A DNA stretch of 64,000 bases from an uncultured Christensenella sp. (GCA_910579785.1 CAJTVJ010000004.1:5842-69841), one strand, 5' to 3'; numbered from the stretch's first letter, positions 8,558 through 18,141 are shown. The notes: a model not told the origin generated them from the letters alone. Program-made: numbers and translations.

Positions 8558-10873
8558 ATGGCTGAATTAGAGAAGTTAACGATACTTCCCCTTCAAGACG
8601 AGGTTGTATTACCTAATTGTTTAAAAAAATTAAATATCGTCAGCAGAAGCAATGCTATGGCGTTGAAAGCTGTATATAAAGGCAATGCGTATTTTTTTGC
8701 AGTAAAATTTAAAGACGGTGTTAAAAAGATTCAATCAGAAGACAGTTTGTGCGAATACGGCGTGATATGCAGTATAAAAGAATATCGCGACGTTGATACG
8801 GGTATGGCGCGCGTAACTATCGAAGGCGTCAAAAGAGCAAGGCTTATCGACTTGGATATGTCTGAGACCGTCATGATTTGGGGGACTGTCAAAGAGGACG
8901 AAGGTACGCAGTTTGACGAGGAATTTAAAGAAAATCTTTACAGAGGTTTGCTCTATAAGGATATGAAAAATCTCGAAAAGCTTGGTTATGCCGTGCCTCA
9001 GGCGATTTGGCTTGCATTTGAAAGGCAGCAAAGAACGCGCGATATTATGGATATCATTGCCGACAGTATCGGAGATATCGACAGGCAGGCGTATCTCGAA
9101 GAGGGAAATTGCGAGCTTAGAGCGCAAAGACTGTCGTCTACGCTGAAAGTCGAGGAATATAAGCTCAAAGTAATAAAAGATATTGATAAAAAATTAGACA
9201 CATCTCTCAAAGAAAATCAAAAAGAGTTCATATTGAGAGAGCAGATGAAAATTATCAAGAAAGAATTGGGCGACGACGACAGCGAGACCCAAGAGATGTC
9301 TGATAAAATAGACGGACTCAAAGCGAGCGACGAGATAAAACAAAAGCTCAAAAAAGAATTGAGCAGAATGAACAGGATGAATATATCTTCGCCTGAATAT
9401 GCTATATTGCGCAATTATCTTGACGTTGCGCTGTCATTGCCATGGGGCGAGTATACGGAAGATAATTTTGACTTAGAAAACATAAGAAAGGTGCTTGACG
9501 ACGAGCATTATGGGATAGAAAAGGTAAAAAATAGGATAATAGAGGCCATTGCAGTTAAAAAATTGGCTGGCGAGAAGAACAGGGCTCCTATCATATGTTT
9601 GGTGGGATCTCCCGGTGTAGGTAAGACGTCGATAGCTCAGTCGATAGCGAGAGCGCTTGGCAAAGAATATATCCATATGAGCCTTGGCGGAATAAGAGAC
9701 GAGGCTGAGATAAGAGGTCACCGCAAGACTTATGTCGGAGCGATGCCCGGCAGAATAATCTCATGTATGGCGAAGGCGAAGACTTGCAATCCGCTGTTTT
9801 TGCTCGACGAAATTGATAAAATGACGCAGGATATGCGCGGAGATCCGTCTAGCGCTATGCTTGAAGTGTTGGATCCCAATCAAAATGCTAATTTTAGAGA
9901 TAATTTTCTTGAATTGCCCTTTGATTTGTCGCAAGTAATGTTTATTATGACGGCAAATTCGCTTGCCAATATCCAAAAGCCTTTGCTTGACAGAATGGAA
10001 ATCATAGAAATGGAAGGATATACCGTCGAGGAAAAATATGAGATTGCAAAAAGATATCTTGTGTCAAAACAAAAGATTCAAAACGGTTTGGAAGATTGCG
10101 ACGTTGAGTTTGACGACGGTGCTATTTATGCAATAATAGACGGATATACGAGGGAGTCGGGCGTAAGAGAGTTGGAACGTCAGATATCCAACGTATGCAG
10201 AAAGATTGCGACAAAGATAGTCGGCGGAGAGAATATTAGCTACGTGGTGACAAAAGACGATTTGACGCAATATCTCGGCGCAGTCAAATATCAGGGCGAC
10301 GACGGCGTTGTGCATGGAGAAGTGGGCGCGGTCAACGGATTGGCTTGGACAAGCGTCGGCGGCGTTACTATGCCGATAGAGGTAAAACTTTTGCCTTACG
10401 GCAGCGGAAAGATACATCTGACGGGCAGTCTTGGCGACGTCATGAAGGAATCTGCTGAAATCGCCGTATCTTTGATAAAAAACCGTTCTGTGGAGCTTAA
10501 AATCAGCGAAGAAAGCTTTAATAAGTACGATTTGCACATTCACGTGCCGGCAGGAGCGACGCCAAAAGACGGTCCTAGCGCAGGAATTGCGCTTTCGACA
10601 GCCGTATTGTCGGCTTTTACAGGAATTGCGGTAAAAGACAGTTTGGCAATGACGGGGGAAGTTACGTTGAGAGGCAAGGTGCTTGCTATCGGCGGACTTA
10701 AAGAAAAGACTTTGGCGGCATTAAGAAGCGGTATAAGGACGGTCATAATTCCTATGCAGAATAAAAAGGATATGTTGGAATTGCCAAAGAGCGTGTTGGA
10801 TAACGTCAACTTCATACTTGCCGACAGTGTCAGCGATGTGTTTAAAGAAGCGCTTGGCATAGATTTTAAATAA
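8558..10873 (+). CDS. lon: Lon protease
   Basis: 771 aa; Walker A GSPGVGKTS, LLDEIDK, protease motif PKDGPSAGIA with a downstream Lys (GGLKEK). Confidence 0.95.
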   Translation: MAELEKLTILPLQDEVVLPNCLKKLNIVSRSNAMALKAVYKGNAYFFAVKFKDGVKKIQSEDSLCEYGVICSIKEYRDVDTGMARVTIEGVKRARLIDLDMSETVMIWGTVKEDEGTQFDEEFKENLYRGLLYKDMKNLEKLGYAVPQAIWLAFERQQRTRDIMDIIADSIGDIDRQAYLEEGNCELRAQRLSSTLKVEEYKLKVIKDIDKKLDTSLKENQKEFILREQMKIIKKELGDDDSETQEMSDKIDGLKASDEIKQKLKKELSRMNRMNISSPEYAILRNYLDVALSLPWGEYTEDNFDLENIRKVLDDEHYGIEKVKNRIIEAIAVKKLAGEKNRAPIICLVGSPGVGKTSIAQSIARALGKEYIHMSLGGIRDEAEIRGHRKTYVGAMPGRIISCMAKAKTCNPLFLLDEIDKMTQDMRGDPSSAMLEVLDPNQNANFRDNFLELPFDLSQVMFIMTANSLANIQKPLLDRMEIIEMEGYTVEEKYEIAKRYLVSKQKIQNGLEDCDVEFDDGAIYAIIDGYTRESGVRELERQISNVCRKIATKIVGGENISYVVTKDDLTQYLGAVKYQGDDGVVHGEVGAVNGLAWTSVGGVTMPIEVKLLPYGSGKIHLTGSLGDVMKESAEIAVSLIKNRSVELKISEESFNKYDLHIHVPAGATPKDGPSAGIALSTAVLSAFTGIAVKDSLAMTGEVTLRGKVLAIGGLKEKTLAALRSGIRTVIIPMQNKKDMLELPKSVLDNVNFILADSVSDVFKEALGIDFK

Positions 10874-10900
10874 ACTTAGCATTGAAGATAGAGGAGAGTA

Positions 10901-11494
10901 ATGGAAATCAAGCAATGTAAATTTATCACTTCGGTGGCAAACGCCGAGAAATGCGCCGACCATGGAGTGCCTGAGATAGCTATCGCAGGCAAGTCTAACG
11001 TCGGCAAATCTTCCTTTATCAATTACATAGTCAACAACAAGAGCATGGCAAAGACGTCGTCTACGCCCGGTAAAACCAGACTGCTCAATTACTTTGAGAT
11101 CAACAAAGGGGAGTTTATGTTTGTAGATTTGCCAGGATACGGATATGCCAAAGTATCGGGGGCGATCAAGGATAGCTGGGATGATTTGATAGGCGGCTAT
11201 CTTCTTGGGAGTAAGAGACTTATCAACGTACTTTTGCTTGTGGATATTCGGCATGAGCCCACTCAATTAGATAAGCAGATGGTGGCGTATATGCACCATT
11301 ATCAGATACCTTTTTGCGTAATTGCGACCAAATGCGACAAGCTTTCTAAGATGGCGAGAGAGAAACAAAAGAGGGCGATAGCCAAAGAACTTTGTTTAGG
11401 CGTCGATAATATAATGGTAGTATCGTCGCAGGCAAAGATTGGAAAAGAGGAGATTTTGCAGAGAATAGAGCATTTGCTAAATACTTATAAATAG
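10901..11494 (+). CDS. engB: Ribosome-biogenesis GTPase YihA/EngB (YsxC)
   Basis: G1 GKSNVGKSS, G3 DLPGYG, G4 TKCDK. The position after lon matches B. subtilis lonA-ysxC. Confidence 0.9.
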   Translation: MEIKQCKFITSVANAEKCADHGVPEIAIAGKSNVGKSSFINYIVNNKSMAKTSSTPGKTRLLNYFEINKGEFMFVDLPGYGYAKVSGAIKDSWDDLIGGYLLGSKRLINVLLLVDIRHEPTQLDKQMVAYMHHYQIPFCVIATKCDKLSKMAREKQKRAIAKELCLGVDNIMVVSSQAKIGKEEILQRIEHLLNTYK

Positions 11495-11589
11495 TCGCAC
11501 GCTTTCTCAAAGTATTCTTAATTAAAGTTATTTTCATAATAATATTGTCAAAACAAGAAGAATAAACTCTTAAATTTAAATAATGATAA

Positions 11590-11622
11590 TGCAGTCTGTA
11601 AATAATGCGGACTGCATTTTTT
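11590..11622 (+). terminator. Intrinsic terminator after engB
   Basis: Stem tgcagtctg/cggactgca followed by a T6 run. Confidence 0.75.
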
Positions 11623-11710
11623 GTAACGTCTGCGAGGTTTTTTGAATATATAGTTGTGAGCATACAAAATTCTGTGTGCAATTATGACAGTAAAATAGGA
11701 GGAAGAATAT

Positions 11711-12394
11711 ATGTCATTTTCAAATAATTGCAAGTCGGACAAAATTCCGGGACCGATAAGAGGCAACGGCGGATTGAACGGCATTTGCGAGAGAGTGTGC
11801 ATACAGTGTGATAAGGTGTTGGATATGTGTATGCGACAAGAGACGCTTACTGATCTTAGCGTGACGTTGACTGATATCGAGCCGAGCGCAGGTCTCACTG
11901 CTCCGTACACGTTTGTCAGTGCAAGCGCAATAAGTTCGCAGGCAACGATAACCGATCTCATAGTTACGCCGCTCAAAGACGATAATTGCTCTTCAAGAGT
12001 GCAGTGTACGATTTCCGTACCGATGCAAGTGCGTTTTGTCGACGCCAACGGCACGAGAGGAGTGGGCAATGCAACTATATCGGTATCAAGAGACGTGGTA
12101 TTACATACCTCAGCTCCGTCGGTCATGCCGTATTCGATAGTTGCTTCGGCATCGCTTTACAGCGCAAGGGGAACTTATGACGGTGAGAATAACTTCACTT
12201 TGACGGTATGCCTGACGACGATTTTGAAGGTAATCATGCAAGTGCATCTGCTTGTGCCAAGCTACGGATATTGTTATATACCGCCGTGCCAAGAGTTTAA
12301 TGAGCAAGTGTGCGACGGATTTTTCGATTTGCCGCTTTATCCGCAGGAATGCGGAGTTGAGAATCGTTGTAAGTGCAATCTCAACAATAATTAG
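11711..12394 (+). CDS. Hypothetical cysteine-rich protein (14 Cys in 227 aa), family not recognised
   Basis: Strong SD (AGGAGGA, 7 nt before the ATG), and terminators on both sides make it monocistronic. N-terminal C-x3-C-x2-C-x6-C cluster, Ser/Thr/Val-rich beta-like centre, C-terminal cluster of six Cys. Confidence 0.75.
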   Translation: MSFSNNCKSDKIPGPIRGNGGLNGICERVCIQCDKVLDMCMRQETLTDLSVTLTDIEPSAGLTAPYTFVSASAISSQATITDLIVTPLKDDNCSSRVQCTISVPMQVRFVDANGTRGVGNATISVSRDVVLHTSAPSVMPYSIVASASLYSARGTYDGENNFTLTVCLTTILKVIMQVHLLVPSYGYCYIPPCQEFNEQVCDGFFDLPLYPQECGVENRCKCNLNNN

Positions 12395-12409
12395 CGCAAC
12401 GTGCAAGAG

Positions 12410-12446
12410 GGGCAAGCGGGCGATTGCGCAAGCTTGCCGCTTTTTG
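12410..12446 (+). terminator. Intrinsic terminator after the Cys-rich gene
   Basis: Stem ggcaagc...gcttgcc followed by gcttttt. Confidence 0.7.
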
Positions 12447-12609
12447 CTGTTAAATTTAATTTTTAATCTAAATGCGTTAAAGTATTATTTTATAGGCTAG
12501 CGACAAAAACGATATATAAACAATCGCAAGTATTGATTTATTATTTAAAAAAAATATTTATATTATATACAATAGTCTTAAAGGCATATTTATAACGTAT
12601 TTAAAACGC

Positions 12610-12638
12610 TTGAATTTTTGTTTAATATTTGTTATAAT
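12610..12638 (+). promoter_or_regulatory. Sigma-A-type promoter ending 7 nt before the ATG at 12646 (leaderless layout)
   Basis: TTGAAT-17 nt-TATAAT. There is no Shine-Dalgarno sequence between the -10 box and the ATG. Confidence 0.5.
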
Positions 12639-12645
12639 TTTTTAT

Positions 12646-13332
12646 ATGAATATATATGCGATAAGCGATCTGCATCTATCTTTTTCTCAAAGCAAGCCAA
12701 TGGACATTTTCGGTGCTTGTTGGGATAATCATTGGCAGAAGATATGCGATGATTGGACGGCGAAAGTAAAAGAAGAGGACGTTGTGCTTATTGCAGGAGA
12801 TATATCTTGGGCAATGACGCTTGAAGACGCGCTTGCGGATATAAACGAAATAGCAAAGCTTCCCGGCAAAAAGATATTCATAAAGGGCAATCACGATTAT
12901 TGGTGGAGTTCGCTCTCTAAGATAAAAAAAGTATTGCCGAAAGATATGTACGTGCTGCAAAACGATGCGTTGAGATTTGCCGGCTTTGTCATATGCGGAG
13001 CGCGGCTTTGGAATTTGTCAAGCTCATCCTCAGACGATAAAAAGATAGCGCAAAGAGAAAAGATACGTTTAACGTTGTCGTTGGAAAGCGCGTTGAAGAT
13101 AAAATGCCAAGGCGATAAATTGATAGCAATGTGTCATTTCCCGCCCTTTGACGTCACCTTGGCTGACAGCGAGTATACCGAGCTTTTTGAAAGTTGTGGC
13201 GTGGACAGCGTGGTATACGGACATCTGCACGGCAAAGACTGTCGGGCGGAGAAGTGTGTGGAAAAGAATGGCGTTAAGTATTATTTGACGTCTTGCGATC
13301 AGATAGATAACAAATTGGTCAAGATTTATTGA
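12646..13332 (+). CDS. Calcineurin-like metallophosphoesterase
   Basis: Motifs ISDLHL, GDISW, GNHDYW and GHLHG in canonical order. The start is moved to MNIYAISDLH, because the listed upstream start lies inside the promoter. Confidence 0.8.
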   Translation: MNIYAISDLHLSFSQSKPMDIFGACWDNHWQKICDDWTAKVKEEDVVLIAGDISWAMTLEDALADINEIAKLPGKKIFIKGNHDYWWSSLSKIKKVLPKDMYVLQNDALRFAGFVICGARLWNLSSSSSDDKKIAQREKIRLTLSLESALKIKCQGDKLIAMCHFPPFDVTLADSEYTELFESCGVDSVVYGHLHGKDCRAEKCVEKNGVKYYLTSCDQIDNKLVKIY

Positions 13333-13481
13333 CGGGCTAAACAAGAGATGATTTTATAAAAATGCCGTTTGACGGCGTTGCGATAATTTACTTTATACCC
13401 ACAAAAAATCACAAAGTAATTTATGCGACACGGCTTTAAAAAATTGCAAAATTAAAGCTGAGAATTTTTATAAGATATGCT

Positions 13482-13522
13482 TTCCAATTTTTTCCCAAAA
13501 TGGGGTAATTTTTCCCAAAAAA
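13482..13522 (-). promoter_or_regulatory. TGGGAAAAA/TTGGAAA repeats (read on the - strand), candidate MraZ operator half
   Basis: atttttcccaaaa occurs twice, 20 bp apart. 13482-13496 is a perfect 15-nt inverted copy of 13644-13658. Confidence 0.35.
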
Positions 13523-13643
13523 GCGAAAAATCTGGAAGTTTGTAAATGCCATATTTGCCATAAAATATTGTTAAAAAAAGTTATTATATATTATATATAT
13601 AATATTCAGTCATTTTTAGTAAATATGAAAATTAAAATTTTGC

Positions 13644-13661
13644 GGGAAAAAATTGGAAAAA
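13644..13661 (+). promoter_or_regulatory. GGGAAAAAA-TTGGAAAAA direct repeat (10-bp period) just upstream of the mraZ -35 box, candidate MraZ box
   Basis: E. coli MraZ binds TGGGN repeats with 10-bp periodicity. The motif here is TGGGA/TTGGA followed by an A-tract. Confidence 0.35.
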
Positions 13662-13676
13662 TTTTTATCAAATTTA

Positions 13677-13705
13677 TTGACAAAGCTCTTGTTAGTCGTT
13701 ATAAT
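13677..13705 (+). promoter_or_regulatory. Consensus sigma-A promoter of the dcw cluster
   Basis: TTGACA-17 nt-TATAAT, followed by AAGGAG and the ATG at 13731. Confidence 0.7.
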
Positions 13706-13730
13706 ATATTTGTACAGTAAAGGAGCGGCA

Positions 13731-14192
13731 ATGGCAAGAGTGCTTTTTGGAGAGATAAATATTCAAGCCGATGAAAGAGGACGTATAAGAATTCCGTCGT
13801 CTTATCGCGAATATTTTGGCGACAGCGCGCTTTATTGTACGGTAGCTCCCGGAGCCAAGTGTCTGTCGATATTCGGTCAAGACGTGCTTGATAAGCTTGT
13901 GGACCAAATGGGCGGCAACAGCATTATAGGCGACGAAGAGGAGAACGGCTGCAACGTAAGAGATTTTTTCAGCGGCATACACGTCATCAACGAGGACAAA
14001 CAAAAGCGTTTTACTCTTTCGCAAAGTGACGACGATTTGATTTTTGAAGTTGAGCGCAATATGGTATTCTTGGGTCAACTCAACAGATTGGAGCTTTGGA
14101 GAAAATCCGATTACGACGAATATAAGCAAGCGCGTAAGAGTGCCAACAAAGGAAAGATAATCACGTCTTCCGGCAAGCCGTTGAGCTGGTGA
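13731..14192 (+). CDS. mraZ: Transcriptional regulator MraZ
   Basis: Duplicated SpoVT/AbrB-like halves (DERGRIRIPSSYREYFG and KQKRFTLSQ). Precedes rsmH. The start is chosen after the promoter and SD; the listed start at 13653 lies upstream of the -35 box. Confidence 0.85.
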   Translation: MARVLFGEINIQADERGRIRIPSSYREYFGDSALYCTVAPGAKCLSIFGQDVLDKLVDQMGGNSIIGDEEENGCNVRDFFSGIHVINEDKQKRFTLSQSDDDLIFEVERNMVFLGQLNRLELWRKSDYDEYKQARKSANKGKIITSSGKPLSW

Positions 14193-14196
14193 TAAC

Positions 14197-15129
14197 ATGG
14201 AGTTCAGACACATACCCGTAATGCTCGGCGAATGTATAGACGGCTTGGATATCAAACCTGACGGAGTGTATCTGGACTGTACGTTGGGAGGCGGAGGACA
14301 CAGTGAAAAGATAGTGTCGCAACTCCAAGGCGGAAAGCTTATCGCGGTGGACAAAGATATAGAAGCTATCAAGAGTTCGCAGGCGAGATTAAGTGAGTAT
14401 AAAGATAAAATAATTTATATTCATGACGACTTCAAAAACGTAATATCGCATCTTGATGAGATGGGCGTAGAGAAGTTGGACGGCGTGCTGATAGATTTAG
14501 GGGTGTCGTCATATCAGCTTGATAATGCAGAAAGAGGATTTTCCTATAATGCAGACGCGCCGCTGGATATGAGAATGGACCAAGGTCAGTATCTCAGCGC
14601 AAAGCAGGTCGTCAACGAATACTCGCAAGAGAAGTTGGCAGATATAATATGGCAGTACGGCGAGGATAAACTTTCTCGCGCGATAGCAAGAGGCATAGTC
14701 GAGTATCGAAACAAAAAAGAGATAGAGACGACGGGAGAGCTTGCAAAGATAGTCGAGCAGGCATATCCGGCAAAGCTGAGATGGAAATTCGGAAATCCTT
14801 GCAAGAGAACCTTTCAGGCGATAAGAATAGAAGTCAACGGCGAACTCAAAGACTTGGGAGAAGTGATAGAAGACTTGTCTATTAGGTTGAAAACCGGTGG
14901 AAGGATATGTATAATAACTTTTCACTCGTTGGAGGACAGGATAGTAAAAAGGGCGTTTGTGCAGCTCAATAAAGAATGCGTCTGTCCTCCGCATCAACCG
15001 ATATGTACGTGCGGCAAGAGAAGAGAGATCGAGATAGTCACTAAAAAACCTTTGGTGGCGAGCGATAGAGAACTTGAAGAAAATTCAAGATCAAGTTGTG
15101 CAAAACTTAGAATTGCAACAAGAGTATAG
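14197..15129 (+). CDS. rsmH: 16S rRNA (cytosine1402-N4)-methyltransferase
   Basis: HIPVML, DCTLGGGGHS, DLGVSSYQLD, FHSLEDRIVK. Confidence 0.95.
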   Translation: MEFRHIPVMLGECIDGLDIKPDGVYLDCTLGGGGHSEKIVSQLQGGKLIAVDKDIEAIKSSQARLSEYKDKIIYIHDDFKNVISHLDEMGVEKLDGVLIDLGVSSYQLDNAERGFSYNADAPLDMRMDQGQYLSAKQVVNEYSQEKLADIIWQYGEDKLSRAIARGIVEYRNKKEIETTGELAKIVEQAYPAKLRWKFGNPCKRTFQAIRIEVNGELKDLGEVIEDLSIRLKTGGRICIITFHSLEDRIVKRAFVQLNKECVCPPHQPICTCGKRREIEIVTKKPLVASDRELEENSRSSCAKLRIATRV

Positions 15130-15178
15130 GTAACTCACGGTATTAGAATTAAGGTGTATCAACAGCAGGAGGTGTATT

Positions 15179-15853
15179 ATGGGATTTATGTCACTTAAAG
15201 AGAAAAGAGCCAGGGAAGATTTTGCAAACTATGAGCATAGAAGCCCTGACAGAGATATACATTACAGACAGGCAAATAACTATCCAAGAGATTATATGCA
15301 GGATATGTATGGCAACCAATTTGTTGACCAGCAGCAATATTATGCGCCTCAGCAGAATTATCAGCAAGGTTATCAACAACCTCAATACACCGGATTTTTT
15401 CAGCAGCAGGCTAATCAGTTTGTAAACAACAATTTCTCCGCTCCGCAATACAGAATGGAGCAGAGAGCGTATAGCGAGCATGAGCAATTCCAAAACGATA
15501 TGCAGTTCAATCAAGATTATGACAGAGCTGCGCAGGCAAAGAGGATATCCCAGCAGAGAGTCGGCAAAAAGAGGAACGTTAACAAGGATATGATAAAAAT
15601 CATAGTCACGATAATGGTCATTGCCTTGACGATATGCGGATTGTTGATTGCAAATCAATTTATTTCCGTAAACCAAGCGCAGGCAGAGGACGACCTCCAA
15701 AACATAGACAGCGAATTGCTTTCTAGTGTCCAGACTGCCGACGGAAGTTATACGCAGACAAGTGCGCCCGTCATTATTCCCGAATATGAATATGAAGAGA
15801 GCACAAATTGGTTTGACAAGCTTTGCGACAGCTTGGGATTGAAACTTAAATAA
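15179..15853 (+). CDS. Bitopic membrane protein in the FtsL position, with a Q/Y/N-rich cytoplasmic N-terminal domain
   Basis: SD AGGAGG. A single TM segment (IIVTIMVIALTICGLLIANQFI) near aa 150 and a short extracytoplasmic tail. The FtsL assignment rests on synteny (rsmH-X-PBP) only. Confidence 0.6.
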   Translation: MGFMSLKEKRAREDFANYEHRSPDRDIHYRQANNYPRDYMQDMYGNQFVDQQQYYAPQQNYQQGYQQPQYTGFFQQQANQFVNNNFSAPQYRMEQRAYSEHEQFQNDMQFNQDYDRAAQAKRISQQRVGKKRNVNKDMIKIIVTIMVIALTICGLLIANQFISVNQAQAEDDLQNIDSELLSSVQTADGSYTQTSAPVIIPEYEYEESTNWFDKLCDSLGLKLK

Positions 15854-15889
15854 GACTTTCACACACTCCATCTTAATATATTTAACTAC

Positions 15890-15922
15890 AAAGGGACGGG
15901 CTGCACATGGCTCGTCCTTTTG
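15890..15922 (+). terminator. Hairpin plus T-run after the FtsL-position gene
   Basis: gggacgggc..gctcgtcc followed by ttttg. Confidence 0.5.
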
Positions 15923-16084
15923 TCATATTTGATACGATTCTTTGTTTTTCATACGGTAATAAAATTTGTAGGCTTTAAATTTAGATATATCTGTTCAACT
16001 GATTTTCTTTATGAATAATGCGGCTTTTTGCTAAATAGTATATTGTAGAATGTTTTTATGACGGGTACGTCGTGGAGTTTGGCA

Positions 16085-17980
16085 ATGGAAAAAATATCGC
16101 ATTTTGTAATTAAAAAGAGACTGATGGCAGTAATAATTCTTATTGCGTTGATATTTGTCGCGCTATTCGGCAGGTTGTTTTATTTGCAGGTGATATGGGG
16201 CAAGACTTTGCAATACAAGGCATACGACCAGTGGACGAGAGAGCTTCCTTTCAGGGCTGACAGAGGAGATATAACCGACGTCAACGGCATAGTTTTGGCA
16301 AATTCCTCGACGAGTTATACGTTGTATGCCCGTCCTAATGAGCTCAAAGATATTCAATATATTGCCTCTGCGATAGCCGATATCATAGATATGGACACCA
16401 ACAAGCTTGCCGAAAAGCTGTCTAAGAAAGGCGTGAGCGAAATCACGGTTGCAAAGGGGGTGACAAAAGAGCAGATGCTCAAATTGATAGCCACCGACGT
16501 TGAGGGATTGTATTTGACAGCCAACAGCGACAGGTATTATAAGTACGGCAATTTCCTTACCCAGGTGTTGGGTTTTACCAACAGCGACGGAGAAGGTCAG
16601 AGCGGAGTCGAGTTGTTTTACAACGATTATCTAAAAGGCGTCGACGGCGCTTCGTACACTCAGACAGACTTGATTGGAAGGAAGTTGAAAAACAACGTGA
16701 CTACGTACGTCGATTCTATAAAGGGCATGACGACGGCGCTGACTATCGACTATAATATGCAGAGTTTTGCGCAAAAGGCAGTCGAGGACGCGCAGATTAC
16801 TTACAATTCAAAGTCGGCAAGCTGTCTTATCATGAGCGCGAAGACGGGAGCTATCAAAGCAATGGCAAGCGCGCCGACGTACGACCTCAACGACATACCG
16901 AGAGACGACATGGAGTTGTTGCTGCAAGGGTCGAGAAATCTATTGGTCAGCGATACTTATGAGCCCGGCTCTACTTTTAAGATACTAACTTCGGCGATTG
17001 GTATGACGGAGAATGCAATAAAAAATTCTTATTATTGCGGCGGCGGAAGCGTTGTCGACGGTCAGAGGATAAAGTGCTGGCGGTCGATAGGTCACGGCTC
17101 GCAGGACTTTAAGCACGGCATACAAAATTCTTGCAACTGCGTCTTTATGGATATAGCGCTTACGGTAGGCAAGGATAAGATGTACGATTATTTCAGCAAA
17201 TTCGGACTTGGCGCAAAGACTAACGTAGACATCAGCGGAGAGGCAAAGGGAATAATGCTGCCGTTGAACAGGGTGCAGAACGTCGACATCGCAAGAATAG
17301 GTTTTGGTCAGGCGGTCGCCGTCACTCCTATCCAGCTTGCGTCTGCGGTGGCGTCAGTCGTCAACGGCGGAAATCTATACGAGCCGTATATTGTGGACAA
17401 AATCACAGACGTCAAGGGCAAAGTCGCTTACTCTCATACGCCGACTGTAAAAAATAAAACTGTCGATTCGTCAGTCTGCGCTACGCTCAAAGAGTATCTT
17501 TACAGCGTAGTCACCGAGGGCGGCGGCAAGAACGCATACGTGCCTGGATATAATATCGGCGGCAAGACGGGTACTGCGCAGAAGTATGAAAACGGCGCGA
17601 TAGCCAGAGGCAAGTATATTTCGTCCTTCATAGGTTTTGCAGACGTAGAAGACGACACGTTGGTATGTCTTTTGCTTGTCGACGAGCCGCAAGGTTACGT
17701 ATATTACGGCAGCATAGTGGCTGCGCCGTACGTGGGCAATATATTCTCATCTATATTTGCCTACAAAAATATAAAGCCCGACGCGTCGCTTGACGTAGAA
17801 TACAGCGAAGTGGAGATGCCGTATATACTCGGCATGAGTATTGCAGACGCCACTTTGGCGCTTAAAAGAGCTGGCTTGAACTATGAGATAGACGGAGAAG
17901 ACGGCAAAGTAAATTATCAATTTCCCGTCGCAGGTCAGAAGGTGCGCAGCGGCGCGGTAGTAATGTTCTCTGCCGGATAA
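16085..17980 (+). CDS. Class B penicillin-binding protein (FtsI/PBP2B/SpoVD type) with one C-terminal PASTA domain
   Basis: Transpeptidase motifs STFK (PGSTFKILTS), SCN (QNSCN) and KTG (GKTGTAQ), with an N-terminal TM segment. The ATG at 16085 has GGAG upstream; 16058 is an alternative start. Confidence 0.9.
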   Translation: MEKISHFVIKKRLMAVIILIALIFVALFGRLFYLQVIWGKTLQYKAYDQWTRELPFRADRGDITDVNGIVLANSSTSYTLYARPNELKDIQYIASAIADIIDMDTNKLAEKLSKKGVSEITVAKGVTKEQMLKLIATDVEGLYLTANSDRYYKYGNFLTQVLGFTNSDGEGQSGVELFYNDYLKGVDGASYTQTDLIGRKLKNNVTTYVDSIKGMTTALTIDYNMQSFAQKAVEDAQITYNSKSASCLIMSAKTGAIKAMASAPTYDLNDIPRDDMELLLQGSRNLLVSDTYEPGSTFKILTSAIGMTENAIKNSYYCGGGSVVDGQRIKCWRSIGHGSQDFKHGIQNSCNCVFMDIALTVGKDKMYDYFSKFGLGAKTNVDISGEAKGIMLPLNRVQNVDIARIGFGQAVAVTPIQLASAVASVVNGGNLYEPYIVDKITDVKGKVAYSHTPTVKNKTVDSSVCATLKEYLYSVVTEGGGKNAYVPGYNIGGKTGTAQKYENGAIARGKYISSFIGFADVEDDTLVCLLLVDEPQGYVYYGSIVAAPYVGNIFSSIFAYKNIKPDASLDVEYSEVEMPYILGMSIADATLALKRAGLNYEIDGEDGKVNYQFPVAGQKVRSGAVVMFSAG

Positions 17981-18141
17981 CGGCGCGAGGTGAATTGTTG
18001 ATAACGCGGCGATATGGATAATTGTTCTAAAAAATAGGGATAATGTCGAAGATTGTTAAAGCCCTTGTAAGGCGCGCGTAAGTATTATATTATAAAATAA
18101 ACTTAATTAAACACGCATTATATATGCGGAACGGAGAAGGT

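Noticed and set aside
13653-13730. N-terminal extension of MraZ in the ORF track (start at 13653).
   Set aside because: The extension spans the consensus TTGACA-17-TATAAT promoter and the SD. The ATG at 13731 gives a normal-length MraZ.
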